IMG/VR virus record: IMGVR_UViG_3300021085_000033
Span: 1-59,892 of that record
DNA: 59,892 nt
Reading direction: 5' to 3' (one strand)
Source: a virus
Taxonomy: Duplodnaviria; Caudoviricetes
This document shows, one piece after another, positions 20,038-31,244 of the stretch (within the stretch, counting starts at the first letter, position 1; the number at the start of each line of letters is the position of its first letter). The notes under the pieces were generated by a model. That model had not been told where the DNA came from. It made no database searches and saw only the letters and a program-made list of their open reading frames with translations. The translations under genes were made by a program, and so were the position numbers.

Positions 20038-21002
20038 TACTTGAATTGAGGTTTGTTTAATAGAGAACGAACGAACTTGTGTAGATCTGAGCTTCCTGAT
20101 TTAGCAAACTTTTGCATCTGCTTAGCCTGCTTAGGGTTAAAGATGTATTCACCGCCAGTCATTTCACCAATCTTAGCGCCATCCTTCATAATGTTTATAG
20201 GGTTTTCCTTGTGTGAGAATTTACCCGGAGTCTTTTGAACACCACCCTTTTTCATTGTCTTCATATCCGGCTCTATTTGAAGTGCGCCAAGTACTTTTCC
20301 ATCAGTAACACTCGGAGTAACTACAACTTCATCTAGCATCACACTTCCTTCTGGAATACCAACACCAGATGTAGCGCTAGTGCCAGTTTGTGACATAGCA
20401 TTTTCTGGCTGATAAAACATAGAAGGTCCGCTAGACTTTTTAGACTTTTTAGTCTTTACTCCAGATGTTTTCTTGCCTATAAGACCTTCTGCTTTAGCTC
20501 CTTGAAACTGAACACCAGCTTCCAATACATCACCAAGACCTCCAGAGATGTTCTGCTGACCTGCAGAGATAGCATTCATTGCCAAGTCTTCCTCACGATT
20601 CTGTCTAGTAACATCACGCTGACGTTGATATTCAGCACCTCTGGTAGCTTGAGTCATAGCCTGCATAATCTCTGCCTGCTGTTGAGTTAGCGCTTGTGTC
20701 TTCGCCCCAGATCCTGATGCGGTAACAGCTCCGATACCTCCAATTACTCCACGGCTTCCGGCTTGCTGTAGTGCAGCTGTAGATGTAGCCATACTCTTGT
20801 TGATCTCATCTATCCTGCGCTTAGATATTTCGCTAGCCCTTGCTTGCTTGATTAAATCAGCATACTCAGAAGGCGTTCCAGTAGGTGCCTCATAAGCGCC
20901 AGCAAGAGCTTGCTTACCCTTGCTTTTTTGCCAAGCGCCATATCCGGCTTTTGCTACACCGGCAGCACCCTTGGCTAATAACATCATTGTAATTGGATCC
21001 AT
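20037..21002 (-). CDS. Putative internal virion (ejection) protein
   Basis: MDPITMMLLAKGAAG N-terminus; G/A/Q-rich; C-terminal GGEYIFN motif. Confidence 0.6.
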   Translation of the reverse strand: MDPITMMLLAKGAAGVAKAGYGAWQKSKGKQALAGAYEAPTGTPSEYADLIKQARASEISKRRIDEINKSMATSTAALQQAGSRGVIGGIGAVTASGSGAKTQALTQQQAEIMQAMTQATRGAEYQRQRDVTRQNREEDLAMNAISAGQQNISGGLGDVLEAGVQFQGAKAEGLIGKKTSGVKTKKSKKSSGPSMFYQPENAMSQTGTSATSGVGIPEGSVMLDEVVVTPSVTDGKVLGALQIEPDMKTMKKGGVQKTPGKFSHKENPINIMKDGAKIGEMTGGEYIFNPKQAKQMQKFAKSGSSDLHKFVRSLLNKPQFK

Positions 21003-21020
21003 ACTGCAAAAATACTAATT

Positions 21021-24000
21021 TTAGTTATGCGCTTTAGAATCAGCGATGATTGTGTTTATCGCAAATAACTCTATAGGCTCTGTTGTTGTTTTTTCTATTC
21101 TTACTTTCATATAGTAGTCTCTGATCTGATCACCCTCAATAGCTGAGTCACCAACCACTACCAATAAATCACCAGCTGTAGCCGATACATTACCACTAAA
21201 TACTATGGTGTCTCCATTCACAGATACTGGGCTTACAGCTTTGCTTATAAGCGTGGCTCCAGATACACCGTATAATGTAGCTGTGCTACCTAGCGGGAAC
21301 GATGTAGATATCTTAGTAGAGAATGTTACGTCTGTATCGTTAACCACATCTGACGCAACTTCTCCAAGTGAGAATATCTCGCTTGTGCTAGACACTGAAG
21401 AAATTGTAGATGCATATGAAGATGTTGATCCGTGTATATACGAATAGTAGAACCCTTCCTTCTTACTGAAAGAGCTTTCAGCTATCGTAGATGTCTGGTC
21501 AGTAGTATATACTGTAGCTGACCACGGAGAATTACCTTCCAGCGACATAGATTCAAACGTCTTGATAGATGATGGTTCTGCATTAGACACAACCTCTACT
21601 ACAGAAGCTACAGCTTCACTACCGTACCAGCTGTTTCTGTTGGCAGTTTCATCGTGTTTGTATATTTTACCGTTCTTGAATGTATACATTACAGAGTGTA
21701 CAGAATCCACACGCTCAGGAACAAAAGAGTATAGCGTTGTCCAAACTCTGTCGTTTATTGAGTATGCAGCTGTGAATGCACTTACAGTGCTTGATGATGG
21801 ATCAATACCACCTACATCATCTGATGTACAATAGTTGTTGTCAAATATGAACGATGGTGTATACATATTTACACGTATAGCAACAAAGAAATCAAACGAA
21901 CTATTCGTAGCTACTCCTAGTACATTACTTGCTTGATATGGCAGTGACACATATACTGGTGCTCCGCTTGACAGCTGATCTAAGTATACTACTGCTTCTA
22001 CACCTGAGTCAAAGTAGTCACACGTTTCGTCAAAAGTTCTTGGGTCGTTAGAGAATCCAAACACTGCCGACGGATTGTATTGTGTCTGTACTAAGACTTG
22101 AGTTCCAGACGAATCCAAAGACACTGGATAACTGTAGTCACCTACGGTAACAGCAGATTCTGTAACCTCTCCAGAGTGTATTACATAGTGGTCATTATCA
22201 GAGTCAATACCGCCGCCAACTAAATGTGAGCTGTACTTAGATACGCTCTCAAACCTATCTTCAAAGTATGAAGACATATTTACATCGCTAACGATTGTAA
22301 TTCCCTGCGAGTCTATACGCAGCACCTTGGCTGCATTAACATCAGCAAAGTATGTCATACCATCCTTAAAGGCGACAGACTCTGGGTGATTACCAACTCC
22401 GTATTCACCTACGTAATAGGCTTCAGCGCCTAATACATTCGTGTCTACAGTTACTAAGTTCTCACCAGATCCAGTTTGAATGATGTTTCTGTTTACAGGG
22501 AGTCTACCTGTTCTCTTCTCTTGTAGGTAGTATAGCACATCGTTGTATCCAACCATATACTTGATACTTCCGTACTCGTAGGATATGTCCTTATAGTTGG
22601 CTAGAGACAAGTTGAATGAAGACAGGTTCAAGCTCAGGCTGTCCTCAGCATCAAAGTCAGAATAGGTTATAGAGCCACTACGCTTAACTTTCTTTGCGTC
22701 TGGTATATAAGCTATAGGACGGCCAATAGAAGTGCTCTTAGAATCAAAGAAATCACTTACAGAGTAGTCTTCTATGTATTCAATAACTGCGTTCTGTCTT
22801 TGCCATCTTTGTGTAGACCAGTTAGTAGGCTGCTTATTCTCTATGAATAGGTTTCTCAAGCGCCAATACACATCCCCTTTCTCAATCTCTATAACCGTTT
22901 GTGGATTAGTTACTGTATATGTGGCAGATGGCGGTGTGGAATTAGCTGTACCGTATACATAGTATCCAGAATCATCATTCTTTACATAGTCTACGTATAT
23001 ATCGTAATCGTTAGAGAATAGTATATCCCCCGGAAATACTTTTATAGATGTAGTAAACTGCACATCAGTAGCTGTACTACCAGCAACAATAGTTACAGGT
23101 ACAGAGGTTGATGTTCTGTCATCATTGTGAGATCCATTAATTATAGTGTAGTTCGTACCTATCTCATAATATATCTCAGTGTCAGATTTCTTTTTGTTTT
23201 TTACGATCTCAACTATACATCTATCAAACCAAGCACTTTCGTTAGCGATGATTTTCTTGCGTGTAAAGTTTGTTGCATCAGGATTTTGTTTTACAACAAG
23301 GAATGAACCTGTAGTAGCAGAGATTGCCGCTTCATTTATCTTGTTTAGAATTGGGTTATTGTCATCTTCTAACAGTGTTACAAAATCCACGACCTCAAAA
23401 TCTAGAGAGGTTCTAGCGTTTCCTGAAAACTTAACAATTCTTAGTCGATCTCCTTTTTCAAATGTGTATGATATGTCCGCCCCTTCTCCTTTTATATATC
23501 CACCATCTTTATCAAACAACTGGTTTAATGATACGTATATGGTTCTTGAAGATGAGAAGCTGCTTAACTTAAAGTCTTCTCTAAATGGAACATACGCGCC
23601 TTGAACACCATACATAAGCTTCAGCTCTGTATTTCCACTACCAGTGTATACTGGTGCCCAACGCTTAGCCCAATCTGGTGGATCATTCTTAAGACGTACT
23701 ACAGCTGTAGATCTACCCGTTATTGCCGGAGTGTTGTTAGCAAGGTTTGTTAGAGACTTCCTACTCCCCAGCGCAGACATATACACAGAGCCAAGCTCTT
23801 GCACACCTGAGCTGCGGTTCCTGTCATCATAGTATACAACACCGAGTTTGTGTGAAGACCCAGACTTGAAAGCCCTGTATCCATTGGCATTCTCCATCGC
23901 TACAAAACTACCTACAGATAAATCTTCATTAGACCAGTCTATAGCGTATGGTGGGTTATTTATAGTGTTCTGTAGTTTTATAACCTCAGCGTTTACTACT

Positions 24001-25628
24001 TCTCTTTTATTGCCGCCGAAGTAAAATGAGTTTAGGTATAACTCAGCTTTTACAAATCTAAACCTAAACTGAGAGCTATTAGATGAGTTCCAGAAGTCTA
24101 TTTCAAATTCTAACTTGCCCTTGAAGTCTCCAGACTCATTTGTAAATGGTGTGCTAAATCCAGTTCTCAATGTGGTTAATGATTGGCCACCATCCAATGG
24201 AGATAAAAGAGATATATATCTGTCTCCATCTAATTTAAACTTAACTAAATCAGATACGTCTTGTTTATTTGTTCCAATAGGAATGTCTATAATTCGCTTT
24301 ACTGCAACGCCATTCATAAAGAATTGTATACCGTCCTTAGCTTCGTCTAATCCAATTGTTTTTGCATTGTCTCCATTCTCATCTGCACTTGTTACATAGT
24401 AATCACGAGCAAAGTTTAGGTTATTCCCACCGCTGTCCGTTATAGTAATCTCATCAGCTCTATACACAAAATTTATAAACAGCTTGCCACCATCTGGGAA
24501 ACTGTTAGGTAATGATGAGTAATCAATTTCAACGTAACCTAATAATACAGCAGCTGTAATATTATATACCGGCTCTTCATCGTAGTGGTTTGGTAACACC
24601 TCAGCTTGAGATATATTTACATTATCGTATCCTTCGGTATATCCGCCGTACATTAACCTGCCGCTAGTGATCTCTTGAGAGTCAGCTAACTGAGGAACAT
24701 TATCATATAGTTTGTTCTGCTCTGTTGCTGGCAATGCCGTACCCAACTTATCGTTAGTAAACCTGATAGTCTTTACTCCGGTGCCAACTGTGTTGCCTGC
24801 CTCCTCGATAAGGTAGAACGTGCCTTCATTACCTTCACGTGCGTATACAGCTATCTTATCCACATCTGCAGGTGAGTTGCTTACAGATACATTAATTTGA
24901 TTCCAATAGTTCAACTGTCCAGCAGTAGAAAAAGAATCTCTTAGCTGTGGCACAGATATACCAAGTTCAGAATATGGTGACATCGCACTGTGCTCACCAT
25001 CTTCATAGATGTATTTGTAAGCGAACTGGAAGTTCTTTTCTTTTATTCTGTTTTCCTTAACCGTACTATTGTTAGCCAAGGCAACGTAAGGTGGATCTAA
25101 TGGTGGTTGCTTTGCAGCAGTGATCACCAATAGCTTCTCCTTATCAGTACCAGTCAACAGCTGTGGATATCCGTTTACGATAGCCTTAGTAGTGTTGATC
25201 TTTTTAGGATCTGTGAGACCGTCGTTGAAGTACAGCAGTACATCTCCGTTGATGTTCACATATATATTGCCTTTAACTAAACCGTTCTCAGTAAACTCTA
25301 ATACAGAGTCTCTCATTACACGTTGCGCTTGATTAGCTCCTACGCTGTAACGATAGATGCTGTGATCATCATTGCTGTTCCAAATAAAGTAGAAGATAAA
25401 TCCTAGCTGCTCATCAGATACACTACCAATAACCTTGTTGGTGCCAGCAGGTAATGCGTGACTAAGGTCAATAGCTGTATTGCCATAAGCATTCTTAAGG
25501 ACCATTGCATCGCCATCTTCCTCGGTTGATACACGGACGTTTAAAGCATCCGTCATTTCAACCGACTTAATCAAGCGTTCATCATCGTCCTTGTTTAAGT
25601 ATCTCGGTGTAAGTTTATGTACAGCCAT
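21021..25628 (-). CDS. Tail nozzle/stabilisation protein (P22 gp10/crAss muzzle-like)
   Basis: 1535 aa beta-propeller-like; N-terminal LNKDDDERL...DALNVR; RLMYGGYTEGYD; follows two ring proteins. Confidence 0.7.
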   Translation of the reverse strand: MAVHKLTPRYLNKDDDERLIKSVEMTDALNVRVSTEEDGDAMVLKNAYGNTAIDLSHALPAGTNKVIGSVSDEQLGFIFYFIWNSNDDHSIYRYSVGANQAQRVMRDSVLEFTENGLVKGNIYVNINGDVLLYFNDGLTDPKKINTTKAIVNGYPQLLTGTDKEKLLVITAAKQPPLDPPYVALANNSTVKENRIKEKNFQFAYKYIYEDGEHSAMSPYSELGISVPQLRDSFSTAGQLNYWNQINVSVSNSPADVDKIAVYAREGNEGTFYLIEEAGNTVGTGVKTIRFTNDKLGTALPATEQNKLYDNVPQLADSQEITSGRLMYGGYTEGYDNVNISQAEVLPNHYDEEPVYNITAAVLLGYVEIDYSSLPNSFPDGGKLFINFVYRADEITITDSGGNNLNFARDYYVTSADENGDNAKTIGLDEAKDGIQFFMNGVAVKRIIDIPIGTNKQDVSDLVKFKLDGDRYISLLSPLDGGQSLTTLRTGFSTPFTNESGDFKGKLEFEIDFWNSSNSSQFRFRFVKAELYLNSFYFGGNKREVVNAEVIKLQNTINNPPYAIDWSNEDLSVGSFVAMENANGYRAFKSGSSHKLGVVYYDDRNRSSGVQELGSVYMSALGSRKSLTNLANNTPAITGRSTAVVRLKNDPPDWAKRWAPVYTGSGNTELKLMYGVQGAYVPFREDFKLSSFSSSRTIYVSLNQLFDKDGGYIKGEGADISYTFEKGDRLRIVKFSGNARTSLDFEVVDFVTLLEDDNNPILNKINEAAISATTGSFLVVKQNPDATNFTRKKIIANESAWFDRCIVEIVKNKKKSDTEIYYEIGTNYTIINGSHNDDRTSTSVPVTIVAGSTATDVQFTTSIKVFPGDILFSNDYDIYVDYVKNDDSGYYVYGTANSTPPSATYTVTNPQTVIEIEKGDVYWRLRNLFIENKQPTNWSTQRWQRQNAVIEYIEDYSVSDFFDSKSTSIGRPIAYIPDAKKVKRSGSITYSDFDAEDSLSLNLSSFNLSLANYKDISYEYGSIKYMVGYNDVLYYLQEKRTGRLPVNRNIIQTGSGENLVTVDTNVLGAEAYYVGEYGVGNHPESVAFKDGMTYFADVNAAKVLRIDSQGITIVSDVNMSSYFEDRFESVSKYSSHLVGGGIDSDNDHYVIHSGEVTESAVTVGDYSYPVSLDSSGTQVLVQTQYNPSAVFGFSNDPRTFDETCDYFDSGVEAVVYLDQLSSGAPVYVSLPYQASNVLGVATNSSFDFFVAIRVNMYTPSFIFDNNYCTSDDVGGIDPSSSTVSAFTAAYSINDRVWTTLYSFVPERVDSVHSVMYTFKNGKIYKHDETANRNSWYGSEAVASVVEVVSNAEPSSIKTFESMSLEGNSPWSATVYTTDQTSTIAESSFSKKEGFYYSYIHGSTSSYASTISSVSSTSEIFSLGEVASDVVNDTDVTFSTKISTSFPLGSTATLYGVSGATLISKAVSPVSVNGDTIVFSGNVSATAGDLLVVVGDSAIEGDQIRDYYMKVRIEKTTTEPIELFAINTIIADSKAHN

Positions 25629-25631
25629 TTA

Positions 25632-26375
25632 TTAGTATTTAGGAGACTGTCTGAAGTTCTTGCGTAGCATTGCTAATGCATCCTGCTTACCAAATGACTT
25701 CATACGAGCGTTAGCCTTACGTCTTTCATTGTAGTATTCTTGTCTTGCTCTAGCTTTCTCGTTAGCTGGAACATTACTCTTTCTCTCAATGATCTTGTAG
25801 TACATATAAGCACGTAGTGCCTCTTCAATAAATATGTGTACCACAGGGTTTTCAGATCTAGCTTCGTCACCTACATACTCAATAAGTACCTTAGCTACAG
25901 CTGAGTTAGTTGACAGCTCGATTCTGTTTTGCTCAAAGTTGATACGGTATTCTCCAAGACCTTTACCGCCACCAAGTCCATACAATCGTCCGTTAGATGT
26001 ATTAGAGATGTAGTCTCTGTATACATAAGACTCAAACGCTTCTTGGTACGATGGGAACCCTGCCTGAGTATTCGTCTTAAGCAAGTTCATATGTTTGTTT
26101 TCTACAAAGCTGTAGACCAATCCATCAGATCCTAGCACTCCAAGTTTTGTAAGTCCCACGAAATCAACAGGTAAGTCAACGACACTTAAATTAGAGTCTA
26201 CATCCAGCTCGGCTGTCTTGATTCGTTGGTTCATATCAAAACCAATCTCACGCATACCTCGCAAAGCAAAGTTCCTTACAACAACATCACTAACGTTAGA
26301 TGCATAATCATCACCAGCTAAGGTAAGTATGAAGTCATTGGCTACTTGATTTATAGATACTGTTTCCTGTGACAT
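25632..26375 (-). CDS. Tail ring/adaptor protein
   Basis: LPVDFV motif; size and position typical of podovirus tail tube rings. Confidence 0.6.
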   Translation of the reverse strand: MSQETVSINQVANDFILTLAGDDYASNVSDVVVRNFALRGMREIGFDMNQRIKTAELDVDSNLSVVDLPVDFVGLTKLGVLGSDGLVYSFVENKHMNLLKTNTQAGFPSYQEAFESYVYRDYISNTSNGRLYGLGGGKGLGEYRINFEQNRIELSTNSAVAKVLIEYVGDEARSENPVVHIFIEEALRAYMYYKIIERKSNVPANEKARARQEYYNERRKANARMKSFGKQDALAMLRKNFRQSPKY

Positions 26376-27118
26376 TATTTATTTTCGTCTTTCTGCTTCT
26401 CAACAGCTGCAAACTGAGCAACATCTGCATCTCGCAAGTTAATACCAATCATCTGTGCAATCTCAATGACAAGGTCCATATAGTAGTGCTCTGGCAACTC
26501 AAAGTCAATACTACTGCTAGGGCTGTAAATCTCAACACCGGGAACTGTAGACACATAACCAAATGATGGCTGTGATGCAATCTTAGCTCCAGTAATAGCA
26601 TTAAGTCCTTCAGGTAGCTTGTAGTAGCGTAGATCAATTCTATTGATCGTCGTAGGGAACACTTCAATATCAGAAGATACAATAGCAACAGGAGCCTCAG
26701 CGCTTGGCTTTGAGATGTCGCTAGCTAGTACACGATCAATGTCTCTCTGATTGTATACGATTTGAATCTCAGTACCTAAGAATGTTCCAAGTGCATATGT
26801 AGACTTAGTATTCATAGAGATTATTCTACCAAGAACTGATGGCTTCTCAAATACACCATTAAGTTTTGTTACCGTCTGCTTCTTTGCGAACACAGAAAGA
26901 TCTTCATCTATTTGTTTTTGTTTGGCTCTATCGCCTCCTTGATCAAAACCTGCTCTGCGTAAACGCAATGCGTTCATACCGCTGTCAAACAGCCTGTTGT
27001 ATATATTCATCTGTGCGGCAGCAGCGAACTCGTTAAAGACCGCTGGGCTTACAAAGCCCTTCTGGTCCTTGTTAACCAAGTCCTTCAAGGTGCTATATAC
27101 TCTATTTACACTTGCCAT
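26375..27118 (-). CDS. Tail ring/adaptor protein
   Basis: NKDQKGFVSPAVFN...AQM; YYKLP; DFELPEH; position in the tail block. Confidence 0.6.
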   Translation of the reverse strand: MASVNRVYSTLKDLVNKDQKGFVSPAVFNEFAAAAQMNIYNRLFDSGMNALRLRRAGFDQGGDRAKQKQIDEDLSVFAKKQTVTKLNGVFEKPSVLGRIISMNTKSTYALGTFLGTEIQIVYNQRDIDRVLASDISKPSAEAPVAIVSSDIEVFPTTINRIDLRYYKLPEGLNAITGAKIASQPSFGYVSTVPGVEIYSPSSSIDFELPEHYYMDLVIEIAQMIGINLRDADVAQFAAVEKQKDENK

Positions 27119-27138
27119 TAGATAATTCTTTGTTAAGG

Positions 27139-27180
27139 CAAAGATACAAAAAAGAAGGGGCTACATTTCTGCAACCCCTT
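27139..27180 (-). terminator. Terminator hairpin fused to a TATCTTTG promoter element (copy 1)
   Basis: Minus strand AAGGGGTTGCAGAAATGTAGCCCCTT-CTTTTTTG-TATCTTTG. Confidence 0.65.
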
Positions 27181-27204
27181 CATACATAGTAACTTATAAG
27201 TATC

Positions 27205-28035
27205 TTATAGTCTGTCTAGTTCTTCTAGCAATCGATCATATACAGGAGCACCCTTTTCTGTCAAGCAGAAACGAGTCATCACATCTACAGGATCTAGACC
27301 TGCAGCAGCTGTAACAATCAAACGGTTAGTATCAAACCAGTACATACCATCAGCCTTCTTGTTCAAGATTTGGAAGTCAATAGCCTGAAGTACAGCTGAC
27401 TTACACTTAACCTGTGGGTTGTCAAACAACTCTACAAAACGTGTAGGGTTCTTCTTAGCGTCCATCAATAGGTCACGACGGATTTCAGCACTCTTGCGCT
27501 TAGTGTTAATACCTAAGAACATTGCCACTGGTAAAAGCTCAGATATATCTTTATCACGAACCATAGATATAGCATCAAATTGTGTGAACTCACGCTCTAG
27601 ATCTTCTTCAGCAGAGCGAGACTTGTCAATCATTTCAAATAAACCACCACCATTTGCTCTGTTGTCAGGGTGACTTAATAAAAACTGTAAAAGGTTTGGT
27701 TTTTCAACAGGAACAAACAACATCTTATCTCTAAATACAATATGCTCACGTTGTGCGTGTTCACTTTGATCCTCTACATAGATAGATGGTTCGTTAGGTG
27801 CGTATCTTATCTGACGAACTTTGTTTTGTTCTTTGTCAAAAACTGTTACGTTTGTTCTAATAGGACACACAATACCACCGCCACTAATAATCTTAAATGA
27901 AGATGGTTTAGATTGGGTATTGTCAAACTCCTTAAAGGAGTATTCTTTTTTAGCAGCTATAGGGGCCGCTGTAGTTTTTGTAGAAGCTGTAGACGCAGAT
28001 TTGCGCGCGCTTGCTGAGGGCTTTGTATTTGCCAT
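27205..28035 (-). CDS. Conserved virion-associated protein downstream of the capsid gene
   Basis: 276-aa ORF between MCP and ring proteins. Confidence 0.6.
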   Translation of the reverse strand: MANTKPSASARKSASTASTKTTAAPIAAKKEYSFKEFDNTQSKPSSFKIISGGGIVCPIRTNVTVFDKEQNKVRQIRYAPNEPSIYVEDQSEHAQREHIVFRDKMLFVPVEKPNLLQFLLSHPDNRANGGGLFEMIDKSRSAEEDLEREFTQFDAISMVRDKDISELLPVAMFLGINTKRKSAEIRRDLLMDAKKNPTRFVELFDNPQVKCKSAVLQAIDFQILNKKADGMYWFDTNRLIVTAAAGLDPVDVMTRFCLTEKGAPVYDRLLEELDRL

Positions 28036-28065
28036 TGTTGTAATAATTAAATGAAATTAAAAAGT

Positions 28066-28095
28066 AAAGATGAAAGGGGAGACCGAAGCCTCCCC
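28066..28095 (-). terminator. Intrinsic terminator after the major capsid gene
   Basis: Minus strand GGGGAGGC-TTCG-GTCTCCCC followed by TTTCATCTTT. Confidence 0.75.
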
Positions 28096-28114
28096 ATCAT
28101 CATATGTTTTGACC

Positions 28115-29452
28115 TTACTTGATCAATACGTGTTGGTTAGCTGCACGAGTAACCAAGTTACACTCAGAACGGTAGTTGAACTGCAAGCTATCTTCGTTAG
28201 TGTTAGAAACACCTAAGATAGAACCTGTCATCCAGTGCTCCATTTCACGAGAGTATCCGTTAACAGCTTTGTAGTTCATCTCTAAAGCCGCAGCACGCTC
28301 GCCAGACTTAGGATCAATTACAGATGTCAATGGAATCATTACACCCTTGTAAGCAGAACCACCTAACAATGTTGGGTCGTTCAACAATTTCCAAGGCTTC
28401 TTGTGGAATGTGTATCCACCACGAGTGAATGATTGGAATCCTAGTTTTACAGCTTGGTCAGCATTAGCGAATGCACCAAATGCACCAGCACCTACTGTTG
28501 GACCACCTGTGGCAAATCCAGCAGCACCATTAAGGCTAGCTACCATATCGTCAATCTCTAACAACTCAGCTGTGTTCGCGTAGATAGCGTACTCAGGAGC
28601 AGAACCTTGCTTGTCCAATTCAGCAACAATTAGGTCAAGATCACCCAATCCGTTTGTAGCGAATGATGGAGCTACGATACCACGATCCTCAATAGCAGCA
28701 AAGTAACCTTCAGAACCTTGAACGGTTTTTCCACCTACAGTAGCTGTATCATTCTGTCCTAACAACATCATCATCTCACGCTTGTCAAGGAAACGCTGAC
28801 GAGTGTCTGCCTCACCTTTGATGTACCAACGGTAATCACCACCACCTAAGTTGATGTAACCAATGTTAGTAGCTTGAGAACCGGTAACCTTAAATGTCTC
28901 TTTCAAGATCATATATGGGTTAGTACGGAAAACAACATTGCTTTCCAAGAAGCGGTTAGGCTGGTCAGAACCTTCAGCGTACAAGTTACCAATGATAGGA
29001 GCATTCAATGCATTACCAGCAGCAGCAGCTGCGACAACAGTACCTAAAACCTCTACGGTTACAGCACCAGTGCTTTCATTGATAGCTGTAACTACGTAAC
29101 GATCTACACCGTGAAGGATAACGTCGTTTACACGAACAGTCATTACCTCGCTACCTGCTAGGTCAACAGTGAACTGAGTAGCAGAATCCCACTCACCTAC
29201 TTGCTTAGCGTGCAAGCGAGCTTCTTCAAAGTATTCTACTTGTTTTGCAGAACCGTTAGCTTTTACAGCTCCGGTCATTTGCAAGAATCCAGTGATACCT
29301 TGATCACCGTATGTTTTTACTAAAGCTTCACGTACGTCTGGACGGTCTACTTTGTTGATGAAGTCACCTAGTGCGGTGTACTTCGCTGGATCCAACTGAC
29401 GGAAAGCGCTCTGTACGCCACCGCTAATTGAAGGAGTTCCTGTTAGTGCCAT
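28115..29452 (-). CDS. Major capsid protein
   Basis: 445 aa; highly expressed codon bias; follows the scaffold gene and has a strong terminator. Confidence 0.8.
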   Translation of the reverse strand: MALTGTPSISGGVQSAFRQLDPAKYTALGDFINKVDRPDVREALVKTYGDQGITGFLQMTGAVKANGSAKQVEYFEEARLHAKQVGEWDSATQFTVDLAGSEVMTVRVNDVILHGVDRYVVTAINESTGAVTVEVLGTVVAAAAAGNALNAPIIGNLYAEGSDQPNRFLESNVVFRTNPYMILKETFKVTGSQATNIGYINLGGGDYRWYIKGEADTRQRFLDKREMMMLLGQNDTATVGGKTVQGSEGYFAAIEDRGIVAPSFATNGLGDLDLIVAELDKQGSAPEYAIYANTAELLEIDDMVASLNGAAGFATGGPTVGAGAFGAFANADQAVKLGFQSFTRGGYTFHKKPWKLLNDPTLLGGSAYKGVMIPLTSVIDPKSGERAAALEMNYKAVNGYSREMEHWMTGSILGVSNTNEDSLQFNYRSECNLVTRAANQHVLIK

Positions 29453-29473
29453 TTTCTTTTAGTTATAAATGGG

Positions 29474-30598
29474 TTATAAAAATCTTAATGTCTTATCTGC
29501 ACCAAGCGCATCAATGATTTGCTTAGCGAGATCATCCTGTGGCTGTGCCTGAGCCACACCAGGGCTTTGACTAGATACGTTAGACGCTTGCTCAACGATC
29601 TTACGCTGCCCATCACTTAAACCCTGCTGATATAGACTTTTCGCAATCGCATCTATATTATCCACCACGGCTTGGTGTGTATTGAACTTGTCGTAATCCC
29701 ATTGACCATCGTTACTCACGTACTGATCAAAGAAAGATTCTAAGTTGCTATTCTTATCTACAAGCTGATTCTTGTATTCGTCAGTAATACCGAAGTTAAA
29801 CTCACCACTAGGCAAGTCAAAGGATAACGCCTCTAACGCTTCAGTCTCCTGTCTCATACTTTGAATCCACTGCTCGTCAATAGGACTAGTAGCTGTAGAA
29901 TCATTATTGTCTACCGGCAAAGTGTAAGAGCTGCGCAACTCTTCAATCTGCGTTCTAGACTTATTAGCATCAATTTTAAGCTGAAGCTTAGATAGCTTTA
30001 TTTCATCATCTATATACAAATCTTCATCAAGCTTGTACTTAGATCCTAAAAGCATATCAACCTCCTCAGACGACAAGTCTGGGTACTCATTGATCATTGA
30101 CATCTTTACAGCTGTCATATCATCCATTTCGGACGGGTTGATCGATTGGTACTTAAACCAGTCTTCTGGTGAACGTCCGGTATTCTCGACAAAGTCGGCA
30201 ATAACCTTAATTCGCTCATCAATTTCTGCTTCTTGTGGAGTAAGCATTCCCTTCAAAGTGTCAATACTATCTAGCTGTACCCCTAGCGTTTCGCTCAAGT
30301 ACTGTGCTACAATATCATCACTAATCTGAGGCGCTTGCTCCTCAATTTCTGTATTTAAAGAACTTTGCTCTGGCTCACTAGGAGCTTCAGCCTCTGTTTC
30401 TACTGTATCTTGAGCCGAGTCAACTTCCGTTTGCGGCTCAGTAGCTGGTTCAGAAAAGTCAAAGTCAGCAACCACACCCTCTGGGATACCTGATTCCTGC
30501 ATTGGCTCTTGAGATGCTTGCACCTCTTCTGCACTAGCTGTTTCCATTTCAAATCCAGCGTCACCTAGTACGCTTTCTAATTCGTTTTCGCTACTCAT
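29474..30598 (-). CDS. Capsid scaffolding protein
   Basis: Very acidic, disordered N-terminus; directly upstream of MCP. Confidence 0.65.
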   Translation of the reverse strand: MSSENELESVLGDAGFEMETASAEEVQASQEPMQESGIPEGVVADFDFSEPATEPQTEVDSAQDTVETEAEAPSEPEQSSLNTEIEEQAPQISDDIVAQYLSETLGVQLDSIDTLKGMLTPQEAEIDERIKVIADFVENTGRSPEDWFKYQSINPSEMDDMTAVKMSMINEYPDLSSEEVDMLLGSKYKLDEDLYIDDEIKLSKLQLKIDANKSRTQIEELRSSYTLPVDNNDSTATSPIDEQWIQSMRQETEALEALSFDLPSGEFNFGITDEYKNQLVDKNSNLESFFDQYVSNDGQWDYDKFNTHQAVVDNIDAIAKSLYQQGLSDGQRKIVEQASNVSSQSPGVAQAQPQDDLAKQIIDALGADKTLRFL

Positions 30599-30701
30599 AG
30601 CATTTGTTTTAAATTGAACTTTTATGTTACAAAATTAAATAAAAAAGAAACACAGTTTCCCGTACTCCTTTGCTATTCAGTTATTTAGAATATGTTTTGT
30701 T

Positions 30702-31244
30702 TTATCTATATTCATTGAAGTACTTTATTACTTCACTCTCTAGTTTTGAGTCCATTACATAAGTTCCATCGTACTCTACACTAGTGAATGTATCCTCATC
30801 ATCTTCTGTTATTTCAATCTTGTATTCTACATCATTGTAAACAACTTTAAAATACTCACTACGCTTTATCATCTTGATATCTTCATTAGAATGAAAGACA
30901 GCCTCAACGTCTTTGTGGTCAAGCCCCGGTAAGTTTTTTAATCTACATACATAACGAGCATAGTTATTGCCTTGAGTGTCCACTATGAAGTTTTCTTTTA
31001 ACGTGGTCATTATGTAAAATTGCTGTTCCTTATCTAACCCCCCGTAATCAAATCTACCTGTAAATTTAACTAGTGGGAAATCCATAATTACAGTTTTGAC
31101 ATCTTTGGATAACTCACCAAAGTCAACTTCTGTTTTTACAGCTGAAGGCTTTGTGGGTTCTGAGTCGTATGGCAACAACATAATGTCGTAATACAACTTT
31201 AGACCTATTTTGTCTTTTATATTTTTAGTCTTTGTCCGTTGCAT
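30702..31244 (-). CDS. Hypothetical protein at the end of the two-component cassette
   Basis: ORF overlapping the upstream gene. Confidence 0.6.
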   Translation of the reverse strand: MQRTKTKNIKDKIGLKLYYDIMLLPYDSEPTKPSAVKTEVDFGELSKDVKTVIMDFPLVKFTGRFDYGGLDKEQQFYIMTTLKENFIVDTQGNNYARYVCRLKNLPGLDHKDVEAVFHSNEDIKMIKRSEYFKVVYNDVEYKIEITEDDEDTFTSVEYDGTYVMDSKLESEVIKYFNEYR